Source: an uncultured Hungatella sp.
Lineage (GTDB): Bacteria > Bacillota > Clostridia > Lachnospirales > Lachnospiraceae
DNA length: 64,000 nucleotides
Reading direction: 5' to 3'
Assembly (NCBI GenBank): GCA_910586845.1
Contig: CAJUJV010000002.1
Coordinates: 33,357-97,356 of the forward strand
Shown here one piece after another: positions 47,282 to 58,226 of the stretch. Position 1 is the first letter of the stretch. Each line of letters opens with the position of its first letter. A model generated the notes under the pieces. The model was not told where the DNA came from. It was given only the letters and a program-made list of their open reading frames with translations, and did not search any database. Both the position numbers and the translations under genes were made by a program.

Positions 47282-48619
47282 ATGAAGATTAAAAAACGGC
47301 TGTGGCTATGGGCGGCAATCCTGGTAACGGCCTGCTGCGGCTGTGTCCGCTTCCGGCCTGACAACAGTCCGGGGGCCGGGGAATCGGAGGCAGGGAAACA
47401 GGAACAGATTTTGGACACAGAACCGGAGAGACGGGCAGAGACCGAGACAGAACCGGAGAAACAGACGGCGGCCGAAACCGAACCGGGGCAGGATACAGAG
47501 GATGAGAATGCAGCCCGGCAGGAAGGGGAGGCAGGGACTGTTTCAGAAGAAACCATTGAAGAATATATCCGTTCCATGACTCTGGAGGACAAGGCGGCCC
47601 AGCTGTTTATCGTGATGCCGGAATCTCTCATAGACGGGGTGTCATGTGTGACCGCAGCAGGAGATATGACCAGAGAGGCCATCAATGAGATCCCGGTAGG
47701 CGGTTTTATCTATGCAAGGGCAAATCTGCGGTCCGAAGACCAGGTGAGTGCCATGACGAAAAATGTCCAGATCTACAGCATGGAGCGGGTGAACCTGCCC
47801 ATGTTTCTTTGCATTGACGAAGAGGGAGGGACCGTGGCCCGCATTACAAAAAATGACAGGTTTCAGGTACCCTATATCGGGGACATGTCCGACATCGGAA
47901 AGACAGGGGATGCGGAGACGGCTTATGATACAGGCAGGACCATGGGGACCTACCTGTCACGGATGGGATTTAATGTTGATTTTGCGCCTGTGGCCGATGT
48001 ACTCAGCAACCCGGACAACCAGGTGGTAAAACGCCGATCCTTCGGTTCCGATCCTCAGCTGGTATCGGATATGTGTCTGGCTTTGGCCCGGGGCCTCCGG
48101 GAACAGGGGATCCTCAGTGTCTATAAGCATTTTCCGGGCCACGGAGGGACGGCGGAGGATACTCATGAGGGATATGCCTGTACGGATAAGACTCTGGAGG
48201 AACTGAGAATCTGTGACCTGATCCCGTTTCAGGAGGGAATCCGCCAGGGAGTTCCCATGATCATGGCAGGTCATGTGTCCCTCCCCGGCATTGCCGGGGA
48301 CAACACGCCGGCTTCGCTTTCACCGGCCATTCTTCATGACCTGCTGCGGGAAGAAATGGGGTATGAGGGGATCATTATCACCGACGCCATGGATATGGGG
48401 GCCGTTACAAAGCAGTATTCTGCCGCGGAGGCGGCAGTGAGATCTCTTCAGGCAGGGGCAGACATGATCCTGATGCCAGCGGATCTGAAAGAGGCTTATT
48501 ACGGGGTGATCCAGGCGGTCCGGGACGGGGAACTGACCATGGAGAGGATAGACCAGTCTTTAAGGAGGATCATCAGGGTAAAGCTTCAGATGGGAGCGGA
48601 AGGCAGGGATCGGAATTAA
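47282..48619 (+). CDS. GH3 beta-N-acetylhexosaminidase (NagZ-like), probable lipoprotein
   Basis: IDEEGG, FAPVADV, KHFPGHG and ITDAMDM; Cys-ending signal peptide and acidic linker. Confidence 0.88.
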   Translation: MKIKKRLWLWAAILVTACCGCVRFRPDNSPGAGESEAGKQEQILDTEPERRAETETEPEKQTAAETEPGQDTEDENAARQEGEAGTVSEETIEEYIRSMTLEDKAAQLFIVMPESLIDGVSCVTAAGDMTREAINEIPVGGFIYARANLRSEDQVSAMTKNVQIYSMERVNLPMFLCIDEEGGTVARITKNDRFQVPYIGDMSDIGKTGDAETAYDTGRTMGTYLSRMGFNVDFAPVADVLSNPDNQVVKRRSFGSDPQLVSDMCLALARGLREQGILSVYKHFPGHGGTAEDTHEGYACTDKTLEELRICDLIPFQEGIRQGVPMIMAGHVSLPGIAGDNTPASLSPAILHDLLREEMGYEGIIITDAMDMGAVTKQYSAAEAAVRSLQAGADMILMPADLKEAYYGVIQAVRDGELTMERIDQSLRRIIRVKLQMGAEGRDRN

Positions 48620-48624
48620 AAAAA

Positions 48625-48667
48625 TTAGCACTCACCTATTGACAGTGCTAACAACATGTGTTATACT
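48625..48667 (+). promoter_or_regulatory. CIRCE (HrcA operator) overlapping the clpB promoter
   Basis: TTAGCACTC-N9-CAGTGCTAA (one mismatch) at 48625-48651; TTGACA (48639)-N17-TATACT (48662). Confidence 0.88.
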
Positions 48668-48723
48668 CCGCCTAGAACATATGAGACATACCAATTTCGT
48701 CTTGTTCCAAAGGAGGAGCGAAT

Positions 48724-51324
48724 ATGAATATCAATAAATTTACCCAGAAATCTGTGGAAGCAGTACAGAACTGTGAGAAACTGGCCTATGACCACGGCAA
48801 CCAGCAGCTGGAGCAGGAGCATCTGCTTTACAGCCTGCTGACCCTGGAGGACAGCCTGATCCTGAAGCTGATCACCAGGATGAACATTTCCGGAGAGCTG
48901 TTTACCGATGAGGCGGCCCAGGCAGTAAACCGGCTTACGAAGGTCAGCGGAGACGGGAAACTGTATATGAGCAATGATCTGAATAAGGTCCTGATCCATG
49001 GAGAAGATGAAGCCAAAGCCATGGGGGACGAATACGTATCCGTGGAGCATCTCTTTCTGTCCATGATCCGGCATCCGTCCAGGACCATGAAAGAGCTGTT
49101 TGGCCGGTACGGGATCAACAGAGAAAGCTTTTTAAAGGCCCTGGTTACGGTGCGGGGCAATCAGAGAGTAGTCAGCGACAACCCGGAAGCCACCTACGAC
49201 ACTCTGGAAAAGTACGGCTATGATCTGGTGGAGCGGGCCAGACAGCAGAAGCTGGATCCTGTCATCGGCAGGGACAGCGAGATCCGCAACGTGGTCCGGA
49301 TCCTGTCCAGGAAGACCAAGAACAATCCTGTGCTCATCGGCGAACCCGGCGTCGGCAAGACCGCCGTGGTGGAGGGGCTGGCTCAGAGAATCGTCCGGGG
49401 AGATGTGCCCGAAGGGCTTAAGGACAAGAAACTGTTTGCCCTGGATATGGGAGCCCTGGTGGCCGGAGCCAAGTACAGAGGCGAGTTTGAGGAGCGTCTG
49501 AAGGCGGTTCTGGAAGAGGTCCGGGAAAGCGACGGGCAGATCATCCTGTTCATCGACGAGCTGCATACCATCGTAGGAGCCGGAAAGACAGAAGGGTCCA
49601 TGGATGCAGGCAACATGTTAAAGCCCATGCTGGCCAGAGGAGAGCTCCACTGTATCGGCGCCACCACTCTGGATGAGTACAGAAAATATATCGAGAAGGA
49701 TGCGGCTCTGGAGCGGCGGTTCCAGCCGGTCATGGTGGCAGAGCCGGCGGTGGAGGACACCATTTCCATCCTCAGAGGTTTAAAGGAGCGGTACGAGGTG
49801 TTCCACGGAGTGAAGATCACCGACTCGGCGCTGGTATCGGCGGCCATACTGTCGGACCGGTATATTTCCGACCGTTTTCTCCCCGATAAGGCCATCGACC
49901 TGGTGGATGAGGCCTGTGCCATGATCAAGACGGAACTGGATTCCATGCCGGCGGAGCTGGATGAGCTGTCCCGGAGGATCATGCAGATGGAGATCGAGGA
50001 AGCGGCCCTGAAGAAGGAGACGGACCGGTTGAGCCAGGATCGTCTGGAGACTCTTCAGAAAGAGCTTGCGGAGCTCCACGACGAATTTACCGGCAGGAAG
50101 GCTCAGTGGGAGAATGAGAAGACATCCGTGGAGAAGCTTTCTTCCCTGAGGGAGGAGATCGAAACCACCAACCGGGAGATCGCCCAGGCACAGCAGGAAT
50201 ATGACCTGGAGAAGGCGGCCCGTCTCCAGTACGGAAAGCTTCCGGAACTTAAGAAACAGCTGGAGGAAGAGGAGGAGAAGATCAGGAACCAGGATCTGAG
50301 TCTGGTTCACGAGAGTGTTACGGAGGATGAGATCGCCCGCATCATTTCCAGATGGACAGGGATCCCTGTGGCCAAACTGACAGAAAGCGAGAGGAGCAAG
50401 ACCTTGCACCTGGATGAGGTTCTCCACCGCAGGGTAGTGGGCCAGGATGAGGGCGTGGAAAAGGTAACGGAGGCCATTATCCGGTCCAAAGCCGGGATCA
50501 AGGATCCTACCAGGCCCATCGGTTCCTTCCTGTTTCTGGGGCCCACAGGCGTGGGAAAGACGGAACTGGCAAAGGCGTTGGCGGAGAGCCTGTTTGACGA
50601 TGAGGCCAACATGGTCCGCGTTGATATGAGTGAGTACATGGAGAAGCATTCCGTGGCCCGTCTCATCGGGGCGCCTCCAGGATATGTAGGCTATGACGAA
50701 GGCGGACAGCTGACGGAGGCCGTGAGGAGAAAGCCTTACTGTGTGGTACTGTTTGACGAGGTGGAGAAGGCCCATCCGGATGTATTTAATGTCCTGCTTC
50801 AGGTGCTGGACGACGGAAGGATCACGGATTCCACAGGAAAGACGGTGGACTTTAAGAATACCATCATCATCATGACTTCCAACATTGGTTCCCAGTACCT
50901 GCTGGAGGGCATCGACGAACAGGGGAATATCACGAAAGAGGCGGAGGATCTGGTCATGGGAGATCTGAGGGCCCATTTCAGACCGGAGTTTTTAAACCGT
51001 CTGGACGAGACCATCCTCTTTAAGCCCCTGACCAGAGAGAATATCGGCAGCATCGTTACACTGATGATCGCCGATACCAACAAACGTCTGGAACAGAGGG
51101 AGATTCGGATGGATCTGACAGACAGGGCGAAGGCCTTTGTGGTGGAACACGGATATGACCCGGTTTACGGCGCAAGGCCCCTGAAGAGATATCTGCAGAA
51201 GTATGTGGAGACTTTGGCGGCCAGGATCATCCTCCAGGATCAGGTCAGAGCGGGAGACGTCATCATCATAGATACAACAGAAGACGGCCAGAAGCTGACA
51301 GTCCGTGCAGAGGCGGACCGGTAG
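48724..51324 (+). CDS. clpB: ATP-dependent chaperone ClpB
   Basis: Two AAA modules ([16 protein letters not shown]), long middle coiled coil, GYVGY. Confidence 0.96.
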   Translation: MNINKFTQKSVEAVQNCEKLAYDHGNQQLEQEHLLYSLLTLEDSLILKLITRMNISGELFTDEAAQAVNRLTKVSGDGKLYMSNDLNKVLIHGEDEAKAMGDEYVSVEHLFLSMIRHPSRTMKELFGRYGINRESFLKALVTVRGNQRVVSDNPEATYDTLEKYGYDLVERARQQKLDPVIGRDSEIRNVVRILSRKTKNNPVLIGEPGVGKTAVVEGLAQRIVRGDVPEGLKDKKLFALDMGALVAGAKYRGEFEERLKAVLEEVRESDGQIILFIDELHTIVGAGKTEGSMDAGNMLKPMLARGELHCIGATTLDEYRKYIEKDAALERRFQPVMVAEPAVEDTISILRGLKERYEVFHGVKITDSALVSAAILSDRYISDRFLPDKAIDLVDEACAMIKTELDSMPAELDELSRRIMQMEIEEAALKKETDRLSQDRLETLQKELAELHDEFTGRKAQWENEKTSVEKLSSLREEIETTNREIAQAQQEYDLEKAARLQYGKLPELKKQLEEEEEKIRNQDLSLVHESVTEDEIARIISRWTGIPVAKLTESERSKTLHLDEVLHRRVVGQDEGVEKVTEAIIRSKAGIKDPTRPIGSFLFLGPTGVGKTELAKALAESLFDDEANMVRVDMSEYMEKHSVARLIGAPPGYVGYDEGGQLTEAVRRKPYCVVLFDEVEKAHPDVFNVLLQVLDDGRITDSTGKTVDFKNTIIIMTSNIGSQYLLEGIDEQGNITKEAEDLVMGDLRAHFRPEFLNRLDETILFKPLTRENIGSIVTLMIADTNKRLEQREIRMDLTDRAKAFVVEHGYDPVYGARPLKRYLQKYVETLAARIILQDQVRAGDVIIIDTTEDGQKLTVRAEADR

Positions 51325-51368
51325 ATAATCGGGCATGGAAGGCGGCTTCCCATCCACGGGGCTGTGAC

Positions 51369-51414
51369 AAAAAAGCGGCAGGGATCCTGTTTTTTCGGAT
51401 CCCCGCCGCTTTTT
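51369..51414. terminator. Bidirectional terminator
   Basis: AAAAAGCGGCAGGGATCC...GGATCCCCGCCGCTTTTT. Confidence 0.75.
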
Positions 51415-51431
51415 GGCATCTGCAGACATCT

Positions 51432-52454
51432 CTACGCCTCGCCGCCTCCTGAAACCTTCCACAGGATATCACGGTTGACGGTGCGGTAGAAGAGCCGGCG
51501 GACTTCTTCCCGGTCCCTGGTCTGTCCCAGAATCCACATCAGCTTGGTCACCGTGGCCTCCAGGGTCATGTCATATGATTCAAGAAGACCGAACTCATAT
51601 TTGATGCTGCGCCCCACCTCATAGACGGACATGTTGCTGCCCTCGTTGGTCACCTGGGTGGTCATGACCACGATCTTTCCCAGGGAGATCCATTTTTCCA
51701 CCACGGAATAATATCCGCCGGTCTCGTAGTTCGGAAGACCGCCTACGCCGAAAGACTCGATGATGACGGCATCATAGTGACCGGCCATATAGTCAAGGAC
51801 AGTGGCATCCATGGACGGAATCAGCTTTAAAAGTCCGACTTTCGGATTTAAGTGATGGCTGAAGGAGACCGGCTCTCTGATCTGTTCCCTGTCATCCAGA
51901 TAGAATAAGATCTGGCTTTCCTGAATAGCGGCAATGTAGGGAAAGTTGATGCTGGAAAATGCATCATAGCTTTTGGTCCGTTCCTTTTTCCCTCTGGTTC
52001 CGGCGATTACCTTGCCGTCAAATACGATGTTCACCCCATGGGACCGGCCGCAGGAGGCAAAGCGGAGGCTGTCTGTCAGATTGGTCTTGGCATCCGTGAT
52101 CTCCATGTCAATGGGCTTCTGGGAACCGGTGATCACCACGGGCTTTGGAGAATTCTGAATCAGATAGGACAGGGCCGCGGCGGTGTAGGCCATGGTGTCT
52201 GTTCCGTGGCAGATCACAAACCCGTCATAATCGTTATAATGTTCTTCTATGGCCGCCGCCATGGCCAGCCAGTGGTCCGACTGGATATTGGTGCTGTCGA
52301 TGTTGAACAGCTGCAGTGCATCCGTCCGGCAGAACTGCCGGACGCCGGGAACATAGGATAAAAGCTCCTCTGAGGAGATGAGAGGCTTCAGTCCGGTGTC
52401 GCTGCGTTTGGAGGCAATGGTTCCCCCGGTAGCGATGAGAAGGATCCGTTTCAT
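51432..52454 (-). CDS. ansA: Type I L-asparaginase
   Basis: ATGGTIA, HGTDTM and TGSQ. Alternative start at 52466. Confidence 0.9.
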   Translation of the reverse strand: MKRILLIATGGTIASKRSDTGLKPLISSEELLSYVPGVRQFCRTDALQLFNIDSTNIQSDHWLAMAAAIEEHYNDYDGFVICHGTDTMAYTAAALSYLIQNSPKPVVITGSQKPIDMEITDAKTNLTDSLRFASCGRSHGVNIVFDGKVIAGTRGKKERTKSYDAFSSINFPYIAAIQESQILFYLDDREQIREPVSFSHHLNPKVGLLKLIPSMDATVLDYMAGHYDAVIIESFGVGGLPNYETGGYYSVVEKWISLGKIVVMTTQVTNEGSNMSVYEVGRSIKYEFGLLESYDMTLEATVTKLMWILGQTRDREEVRRLFYRTVNRDILWKVSGGGEA

Positions 52455-52528
52455 AGATAATTCCATCCCTTTCTGTGTTGTTGCCTAAAGTCTATCATAA
52501 ATTAAAGGGCCTGACTACCTGTTCTTCT

Positions 52529-54061
52529 TTACAGCAGAGGCGATAACAGCCGGCTGCACTGCTCCTTCCCGCGAATCCACATGCTGCGTGCCCTGTATCG
52601 CTCTTTGGTGATCTCCAGACAATGGTCCAGATCCTTAAGAAATGCCTGTTCCAGACGCCCGGTGGTCTCGGGGTCAAAGATGGTGGCATTGACCTCAAAA
52701 TTCAGCTCAAAACTTCGGATGTCCATATTGGCTGTCCCGCAGCAGCTGACCAGACCGTCTGCGGTGACCACTTTGGCGTGGAGAAATCCGTTTTCATAGG
52801 TATAGCATCTGGCTCCCACCGCAAGAAGATCGCCCACATAGGAGTAGGAGGCCCAGTAGACAAAGGGGTGGTCCGGCTTACAGGGGATCATCAGGCGCAC
52901 ATCCACCCCGGACTCGGCGGCCATCTTTAAGGCGGACAGGACCGCATCGTCGGGAACGAAATAAGGAGTCTGGATATAGATATGCTTTTTGGCTTTGTTG
53001 AACAGCTGGAGATAATTGTTGCGGATCTGGCGGTTGCTGGCATCCGGTCCGCTGCTGATGATCTGGACAGCCACATGGCGGCCGGTCCGGTCAGGCGGGG
53101 CCGAAACGTCGGACCGGTCCGGAGACTGCCCGTCATGAAGGCCGAAATATCTGCCTTCTTTAAACAGATTTTCCTTTACCGCATAATTCCAATCCAGGGC
53201 AAACCGGATCTGCAGGCTGTAGACCGCGCTTCCGCGAAGCTTTAAGTGGGTATCCCGCCAGTAGCCGAACCCGGGATCTTCCGAGATATATTCCCGTCCG
53301 ATATTAAAGCCTCCCACATATCCGATCCGTCCGTCGATGACCACGATCTTTCGGTGGTTCCGGTAGTTGACCCGCAGCTGAAGACGGCCCAGGATGGCGG
53401 GAAAGAATTCTCCCACCTTGACTCCGGATGCTTCCAGCTCTCTCCAGACCCGTTTCGGCATAAAACGTCCCCCCATACCGTCACAGAGGATCCGTACCTC
53501 CACGCCTTCGGCGGCCTTTTTCTTGAGAACAGGGATGATCCGCCGGAAAACCTGGTCGTTTTTGATGATGTAGTACTGGATATGGATATATTCCCTGGCC
53601 TGTTCCAGTTCTCCGATAAGATCGTTAAATTTTTCTTTTCCGTCAGTGAAGATATCTACCTGATTATCGTCGGTCAGCACGGCTCCGGAGGTCTCCAGGT
53701 TATAGAGCACCAGGTTTTCGTACTCCAGATACCGCATGTCATGGAGCCGGACCGTCCGGTCCCATATGGCTTCCTCCTGGGTCTTCACCGAACAGCGCAG
53801 CCGGTCCTCCACCTCCTTTACCCGGAACATCCGGTTTTTCCGGAAATCCTGACATAGCAGAAGATAGAGGAGAAAGCCGAAGATCGGCACAAAATACAGG
53901 GCCAGAAGCCAGGTCCACACGGCCTTTGGGTCTCTTCTCTGAAAGAAGACGATAAGTACCGATAAAAACAAATTGATATACAGCAGGTGATCCATCATCC
54001 ACAGCCAGACCTGGAAGGACTGCCGGGGGATCTGTTCCAGTATTTCCCATATTACTTCCAT
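52529..54061 (-). CDS. cls: Cardiolipin synthase
   Basis: Two N-terminal TMs and two HKD motifs (HRKIVVID, HAKVVTAD). Confidence 0.92.
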   Translation of the reverse strand: MEVIWEILEQIPRQSFQVWLWMMDHLLYINLFLSVLIVFFQRRDPKAVWTWLLALYFVPIFGFLLYLLLCQDFRKNRMFRVKEVEDRLRCSVKTQEEAIWDRTVRLHDMRYLEYENLVLYNLETSGAVLTDDNQVDIFTDGKEKFNDLIGELEQAREYIHIQYYIIKNDQVFRRIIPVLKKKAAEGVEVRILCDGMGGRFMPKRVWRELEASGVKVGEFFPAILGRLQLRVNYRNHRKIVVIDGRIGYVGGFNIGREYISEDPGFGYWRDTHLKLRGSAVYSLQIRFALDWNYAVKENLFKEGRYFGLHDGQSPDRSDVSAPPDRTGRHVAVQIISSGPDASNRQIRNNYLQLFNKAKKHIYIQTPYFVPDDAVLSALKMAAESGVDVRLMIPCKPDHPFVYWASYSYVGDLLAVGARCYTYENGFLHAKVVTADGLVSCCGTANMDIRSFELNFEVNATIFDPETTGRLEQAFLKDLDHCLEITKERYRARSMWIRGKEQCSRLLSPLL

Positions 54062-54108
54062 AGAATCATTTCCTTACAAACAAAGTCCCGGATGGCAGGC
54101 TGTCAGAC

Positions 54109-54288
54109 CTACAGAAACCGGTTTTTCTCCGGATCATACCGGTAACCGATGCTCTCCAGCGTCTTCTGGATCCCGGCCGGGTCCAGGTCCAGACAGCTGC
54201 AGCACTCCTGAAAAGAAGGATAGAAATCCCGCAGCTGGGTGTTTAAATAGCTTAACAGCATCACAGGGTCTCTTGGAATCGTGTTCAT
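54109..54288 (-). CDS. DUF4250-family small protein (59 aa; different frame from the track ORF)
   Basis: MNTIPRDPVMLLSYLNTQLRDFYPSF...LESIGYRYDPEKNRFL; GGGAGGT RBS. Confidence 0.82.
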   Translation of the reverse strand: MNTIPRDPVMLLSYLNTQLRDFYPSFQECCSCLDLDPAGIQKTLESIGYRYDPEKNRFL

Positions 54289-54420
54289 GGTTCATACCTC
54301 CCATTTTCAAATAGTATATGATTTTTTTAAAAGTATAAACCATGAAGATTTTTATGGCAAGGGGGAGGCGGAGAGAAAATCAATGGTATAAAAACACCTT
54401 CTCCCGCACATACTGCCCTT

Positions 54421-54876
54421 ATGAACACGTCATACAGATTAAAAGAACTGAGCAGAAATTTCTGCCGGTGCGGCGTCGCCGGCTGGTGTCTGGAGGTAAT
54501 CTTTACTTCCCTGGAATCCATGGCCCTCCATGACTGGCGGCTCATGGGCAGGACTTCCCTTCTGATGTTTCCCATCTACGGTATGGGCGCACTTTTGGCC
54601 CCCATCGGACAGGCTGTGGATACCTGGCTCAAGGCCGGGCCCACAGACGTGCCAAGAGCTGCCGACCGGGTGATGCGCCACGGGGTCCTGTACATGGTCC
54701 TGATCTTTACGGCAGAATACCTGACCGGCATCTGTCTGCGGGCCGGAGGCATCTGTCCGTGGGACTACAGCGGCCGTCAGATGAACGTCAACGGACTGAT
54801 CCGTCTGGACTTCGCTCCCCTGTGGTTCCTGACGGGACTTTTATTCGAACAAATTACAAAAAAGAAAGGCGCATAG
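54421..54876 (+). CDS. TMEM229/'putative ABC permease'-like membrane protein
   Basis: GWCLE, FPIYG, EYLTG and CPWDYS...GLIRL. Confidence 0.75.
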   Translation: MNTSYRLKELSRNFCRCGVAGWCLEVIFTSLESMALHDWRLMGRTSLLMFPIYGMGALLAPIGQAVDTWLKAGPTDVPRAADRVMRHGVLYMVLIFTAEYLTGICLRAGGICPWDYSGRQMNVNGLIRLDFAPLWFLTGLLFEQITKKKGA

Positions 54877-54943
54877 ACTTGTATTTGCGTCTTTCTTTTT
54901 ATATAATACATGTGGTAAGGAGGGGCCCGTTTCTGACGGGAGA

Positions 54944-55774
54944 ATGAAAATCATGTTAAAATTTATTCTTGTAGCGTCCATCGTTATTCTGTTTTTGATC
55001 TTCAGTATTCCTGTTCTCATAGTGGAGCGATATATCGGGAAGAAAGATCCTGAGAAAAAGAACCGGCAGAGTCTGGCTGTCGTTCAGTTTATGTTTCGTT
55101 TTATCCTGAAAGTAGCAGGCATACATATAACCGTAAAGGGGATGGAGAATGTTCCAAAGGACAGACCGGTGCTCTATGTAGGCAACCACAGAAGCTATTT
55201 TGACATCCTGGTGGGCTATACCACAGTGACCACTCTCATGGGCTTCATGGCAAAGAAGGAGATGGAGAAGATCCCCCTTCTGTCCAACTGGATGAGAAAC
55301 GTCAACTGTCTCTTTCTGGACAGAGAAAACATCCGGGAGGGACTGAAAGCCATTATGGAAGGAGTGGACCATGTGAAAAACGGTATCTCCGTGTGGAGCT
55401 TTCCGGAAGGCACCAGAAACGATGCGGAAAATTACCTGGATCTGATGCCCTTTAAAGAAGGCAGCCTGAAGATCGCGGAGAAGACCGGGTGTCCCGTGGT
55501 TCCGGTGGCCATCACCGGTACGGCCGAGGCTTTTGAGAGCCATTACCCCAGGATCTGCTCTTCCCAGGTGACGATCGAGTTCGGCGAGCCTTTTATCATA
55601 CCTGCCAGAGGGCATCTTCCGGCATCCTCCGGGGAGGAAGGCGGCTCTCAGGACTCTGCAAGGGATGGGATCCGGGTGCTGCCCATGGAGAAGAAAAAAG
55701 TGGCCGGAGCCTGTGCCAGAGACATGATCCTGGACATGCTGTTAAAAGAAAAAGAGCTGAGAGAGGAAAACTAG
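54944..55774 (+). CDS. plsC: 1-acyl-sn-glycerol-3-phosphate acyltransferase
   Basis: NHRSYFD, FPEGTR, FKEG and VPVAI. Confidence 0.88.
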   Translation: MKIMLKFILVASIVILFLIFSIPVLIVERYIGKKDPEKKNRQSLAVVQFMFRFILKVAGIHITVKGMENVPKDRPVLYVGNHRSYFDILVGYTTVTTLMGFMAKKEMEKIPLLSNWMRNVNCLFLDRENIREGLKAIMEGVDHVKNGISVWSFPEGTRNDAENYLDLMPFKEGSLKIAEKTGCPVVPVAITGTAEAFESHYPRICSSQVTIEFGEPFIIPARGHLPASSGEEGGSQDSARDGIRVLPMEKKKVAGACARDMILDMLLKEKELREEN

Positions 55775-56902
55775 ATGGATTTACTGCAGATCAGGGATCA
55801 GCTGGATGTGATCGACAGAGAGATCGTCCGGCTCTTTGAAGAGAGAATGAAACTTGTGGGAGATGTGGCGGAGTTTAAGATCAGGACAGGGAAGCAGGTC
55901 TTTGACAAAGAGAGGGAACAGGCCAAGATCGCTTCCGTCCGAAAGCTGGCCCACGGAGAATTTAACGGTCAGGCGGCAGAGGAGCTGTTTACCCAGCTGA
56001 TGACTATCAGCCGGCGCTTCCAGTACCGTCTGTTGGAGCAGAACGGTCAGAAGACGGAGCTGGGATTTGTCAGGACAGATCACATCCCTGTCAGGGGAGT
56101 GAAGGTGGTCTATCAGGGAGTGGAAGGGGCTTACAGCCATGAGGCCACTCTGGCCTATTTCGGGGAAGACGCGTGCTGCTATCATGTGAAGACATGGGAG
56201 GAGGCCATGGAGGATGCCGAGTCCGGAAAGGCGGATTATGCGGTGATTCCCATCGAGAATTCCTCCGCAGGGGCGGTCAGTTCCAACTATGACCTTCTCA
56301 TCCGCCATGCCAATGTGATCGTGGCCGAGATCTGCATTCCGGTCCATCACATGCTCCTGGGACTTCCCGGCTCAGACATCAGGGATATCCGGTCCGTGTA
56401 CTCTCATCCCCAGGCCCTTCTGCAGTGCAGCGAATATCTCAATGCCCGCCCGGAGTGGAGACAGATCAGTGTGGAGAATACGGCTGTGGCCGCCAAAAAG
56501 ATCATTGAGGATCAGGACAGGAGCCAGGCTGCAGTGGCCAGCCAGGCTGCAGGCAGACTCTACGGCCTGGAGGCTCTGGCATCGGGCATCAATCATAACC
56601 GGGCAAATGCCACCCGGTTTCTGATCCTGTCCAGAAACCGTATCTACAGCAGAGATGCCCGGAAGATAAGTCTCTGTTTCGAGCTTCCCCACAAAAGCGG
56701 GACTCTTTACAACATGCTGGGGAACCTGATCTACAACGGAGTAAACATGAGGATGATCGAATCCCGGCCCGTGGAGGGGAGAAACTGGGAGTACCGCTTC
56801 TTCGTGGATATCGAAGGCAACTTAAGCGATCCTTCCGTCGAGAACGCTCTGAAGGCCATGTCTGAGGAGGCGGCCAACTTAAAGGTTCTGGGAAACTATT
56901 AA
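55775..56902 (+). CDS. pheA: Chorismate mutase/prephenate dehydratase
   Basis: N-terminal CM domain; GVEGAYS, PIENS, SHPQAL, TRF and ACT-domain IESRP. Confidence 0.93.
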   Translation: MDLLQIRDQLDVIDREIVRLFEERMKLVGDVAEFKIRTGKQVFDKEREQAKIASVRKLAHGEFNGQAAEELFTQLMTISRRFQYRLLEQNGQKTELGFVRTDHIPVRGVKVVYQGVEGAYSHEATLAYFGEDACCYHVKTWEEAMEDAESGKADYAVIPIENSSAGAVSSNYDLLIRHANVIVAEICIPVHHMLLGLPGSDIRDIRSVYSHPQALLQCSEYLNARPEWRQISVENTAVAAKKIIEDQDRSQAAVASQAAGRLYGLEALASGINHNRANATRFLILSRNRIYSRDARKISLCFELPHKSGTLYNMLGNLIYNGVNMRMIESRPVEGRNWEYRFFVDIEGNLSDPSVENALKAMSEEAANLKVLGNY

Positions 56903-56918
56903 AATCGGAGAAGAGACT

Positions 56919-58196
56919 ATGAATACACCACAATTGATCATTTACCGGAATTTCAGATATCAGCAGCTGTACGACAACATGGTCCAGCTTTTGTGGGGGA
57001 CCAGAGAACAGGACGAGATTCCGGATCCCTATATCCTGGCCAATCAGCTGATCGAGCTGGCGGCAGAGTACGGATTTGAGGGAAATCTGTGGCATTGCTT
57101 TCTTGCCCTGTGCCTGGCCAACCATGAGAACGCCTACAGTATCTCCTGTGAGATCCGCGGGGATCAGGGAGGAACATTGTCCACGCTGGCGAGACAGGAT
57201 TTTGCCGTTTTGTGGCAGCTGTACAAAAAAGACATCCGGGTCCTGGATAAGCTGACACCGGGAAGCTGCGTGTGGTCGGAGCTGTCCTGTTTCCGCACTT
57301 TTGGGGAGAGCAGCCGGATCTTTAACCGGAGGATCCGAAACCGCATCCTGGAACTGTCCGTATCCCTGGCACAGGCAGAGGATGTGGAAAGCTTCGCCCG
57401 AGGAGTGTCGGGATTTTACAAAGAATTCGGCGTGGGCAAGTTCGGCCTCAACAAGGCGTTCCGAATCATAGAGGACCGCCACAGGGCAGTCATCGAGCCC
57501 ATTGTCAACGTGGAGCATGTGTATCTGAAGGACATCATCGGCTATGAGCTGCAGAAACAGAAGCTTATTGAGAACACGGAGCGGTTTATCCAGGGAAAGC
57601 CGGCCAACAATGTGCTGCTCTTCGGAGATGCAGGCACGGGCAAGTCCTCCAGCATCAAAGCTGTTTTAAATGAATACTATGACCGGGGCTTGAGGATTAT
57701 CGAGGTCTACAAGCATCAGTTCCACTCCCTTTCATCTATCTTGGAACAGATCCAGGACAGAAATTACAGGTTCATCATCTACATGGATGATCTGTCTTTT
57801 GAGGAGAGTGAACTGGAATACAAGTATCTGAAGGCAATAATTGAAGGCGGGCTGGGGAGAAGGCCGGGGAATGTGCTGATTTACGCCACATCCAACAGGC
57901 GTCATCTGATCAGAGAGAAGTTCAGCGACAAGCGGGAACTGGATGACGAGCTTCATGTCAATGACACGGTCCAGGAGAAGCTGTCCCTGGTGGCCAGATT
58001 CGGGGTGACTATCTATTACGGCTCCCCGGATAAAAAAGAGTTTCAGAATATCGTCAGAGTTCTGGCGGAGAGACATGGGATCCACATGCCGTTGGAGGAA
58101 CTGTATCAGGAGGCCAACAAGTGGGAACTGTATCACGGCGGCCTGTCGGGGCGGACGGCAGTTCAGTTTATCACACACATATCAGGCGACCGTTAA
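56919..58196 (+). CDS. DUF815-family AAA+ ATPase
   Basis: NNVLLFGDAGTGKSS, MDDLSFE, YATSNRRHL and SGRTA. Confidence 0.88.
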   Translation: MNTPQLIIYRNFRYQQLYDNMVQLLWGTREQDEIPDPYILANQLIELAAEYGFEGNLWHCFLALCLANHENAYSISCEIRGDQGGTLSTLARQDFAVLWQLYKKDIRVLDKLTPGSCVWSELSCFRTFGESSRIFNRRIRNRILELSVSLAQAEDVESFARGVSGFYKEFGVGKFGLNKAFRIIEDRHRAVIEPIVNVEHVYLKDIIGYELQKQKLIENTERFIQGKPANNVLLFGDAGTGKSSSIKAVLNEYYDRGLRIIEVYKHQFHSLSSILEQIQDRNYRFIIYMDDLSFEESELEYKYLKAIIEGGLGRRPGNVLIYATSNRRHLIREKFSDKRELDDELHVNDTVQEKLSLVARFGVTIYYGSPDKKEFQNIVRVLAERHGIHMPLEELYQEANKWELYHGGLSGRTAVQFITHISGDR

Positions 58197-58226
58197 GCAT
58201 TGTCGGGGAGGAGGAGAAGGAAAGAT

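Noticed and set aside
54134..54343. 69-aa ORF from the track
   Set aside because: The real gene appears to be the DUF4250-like frame at 54109-54288.
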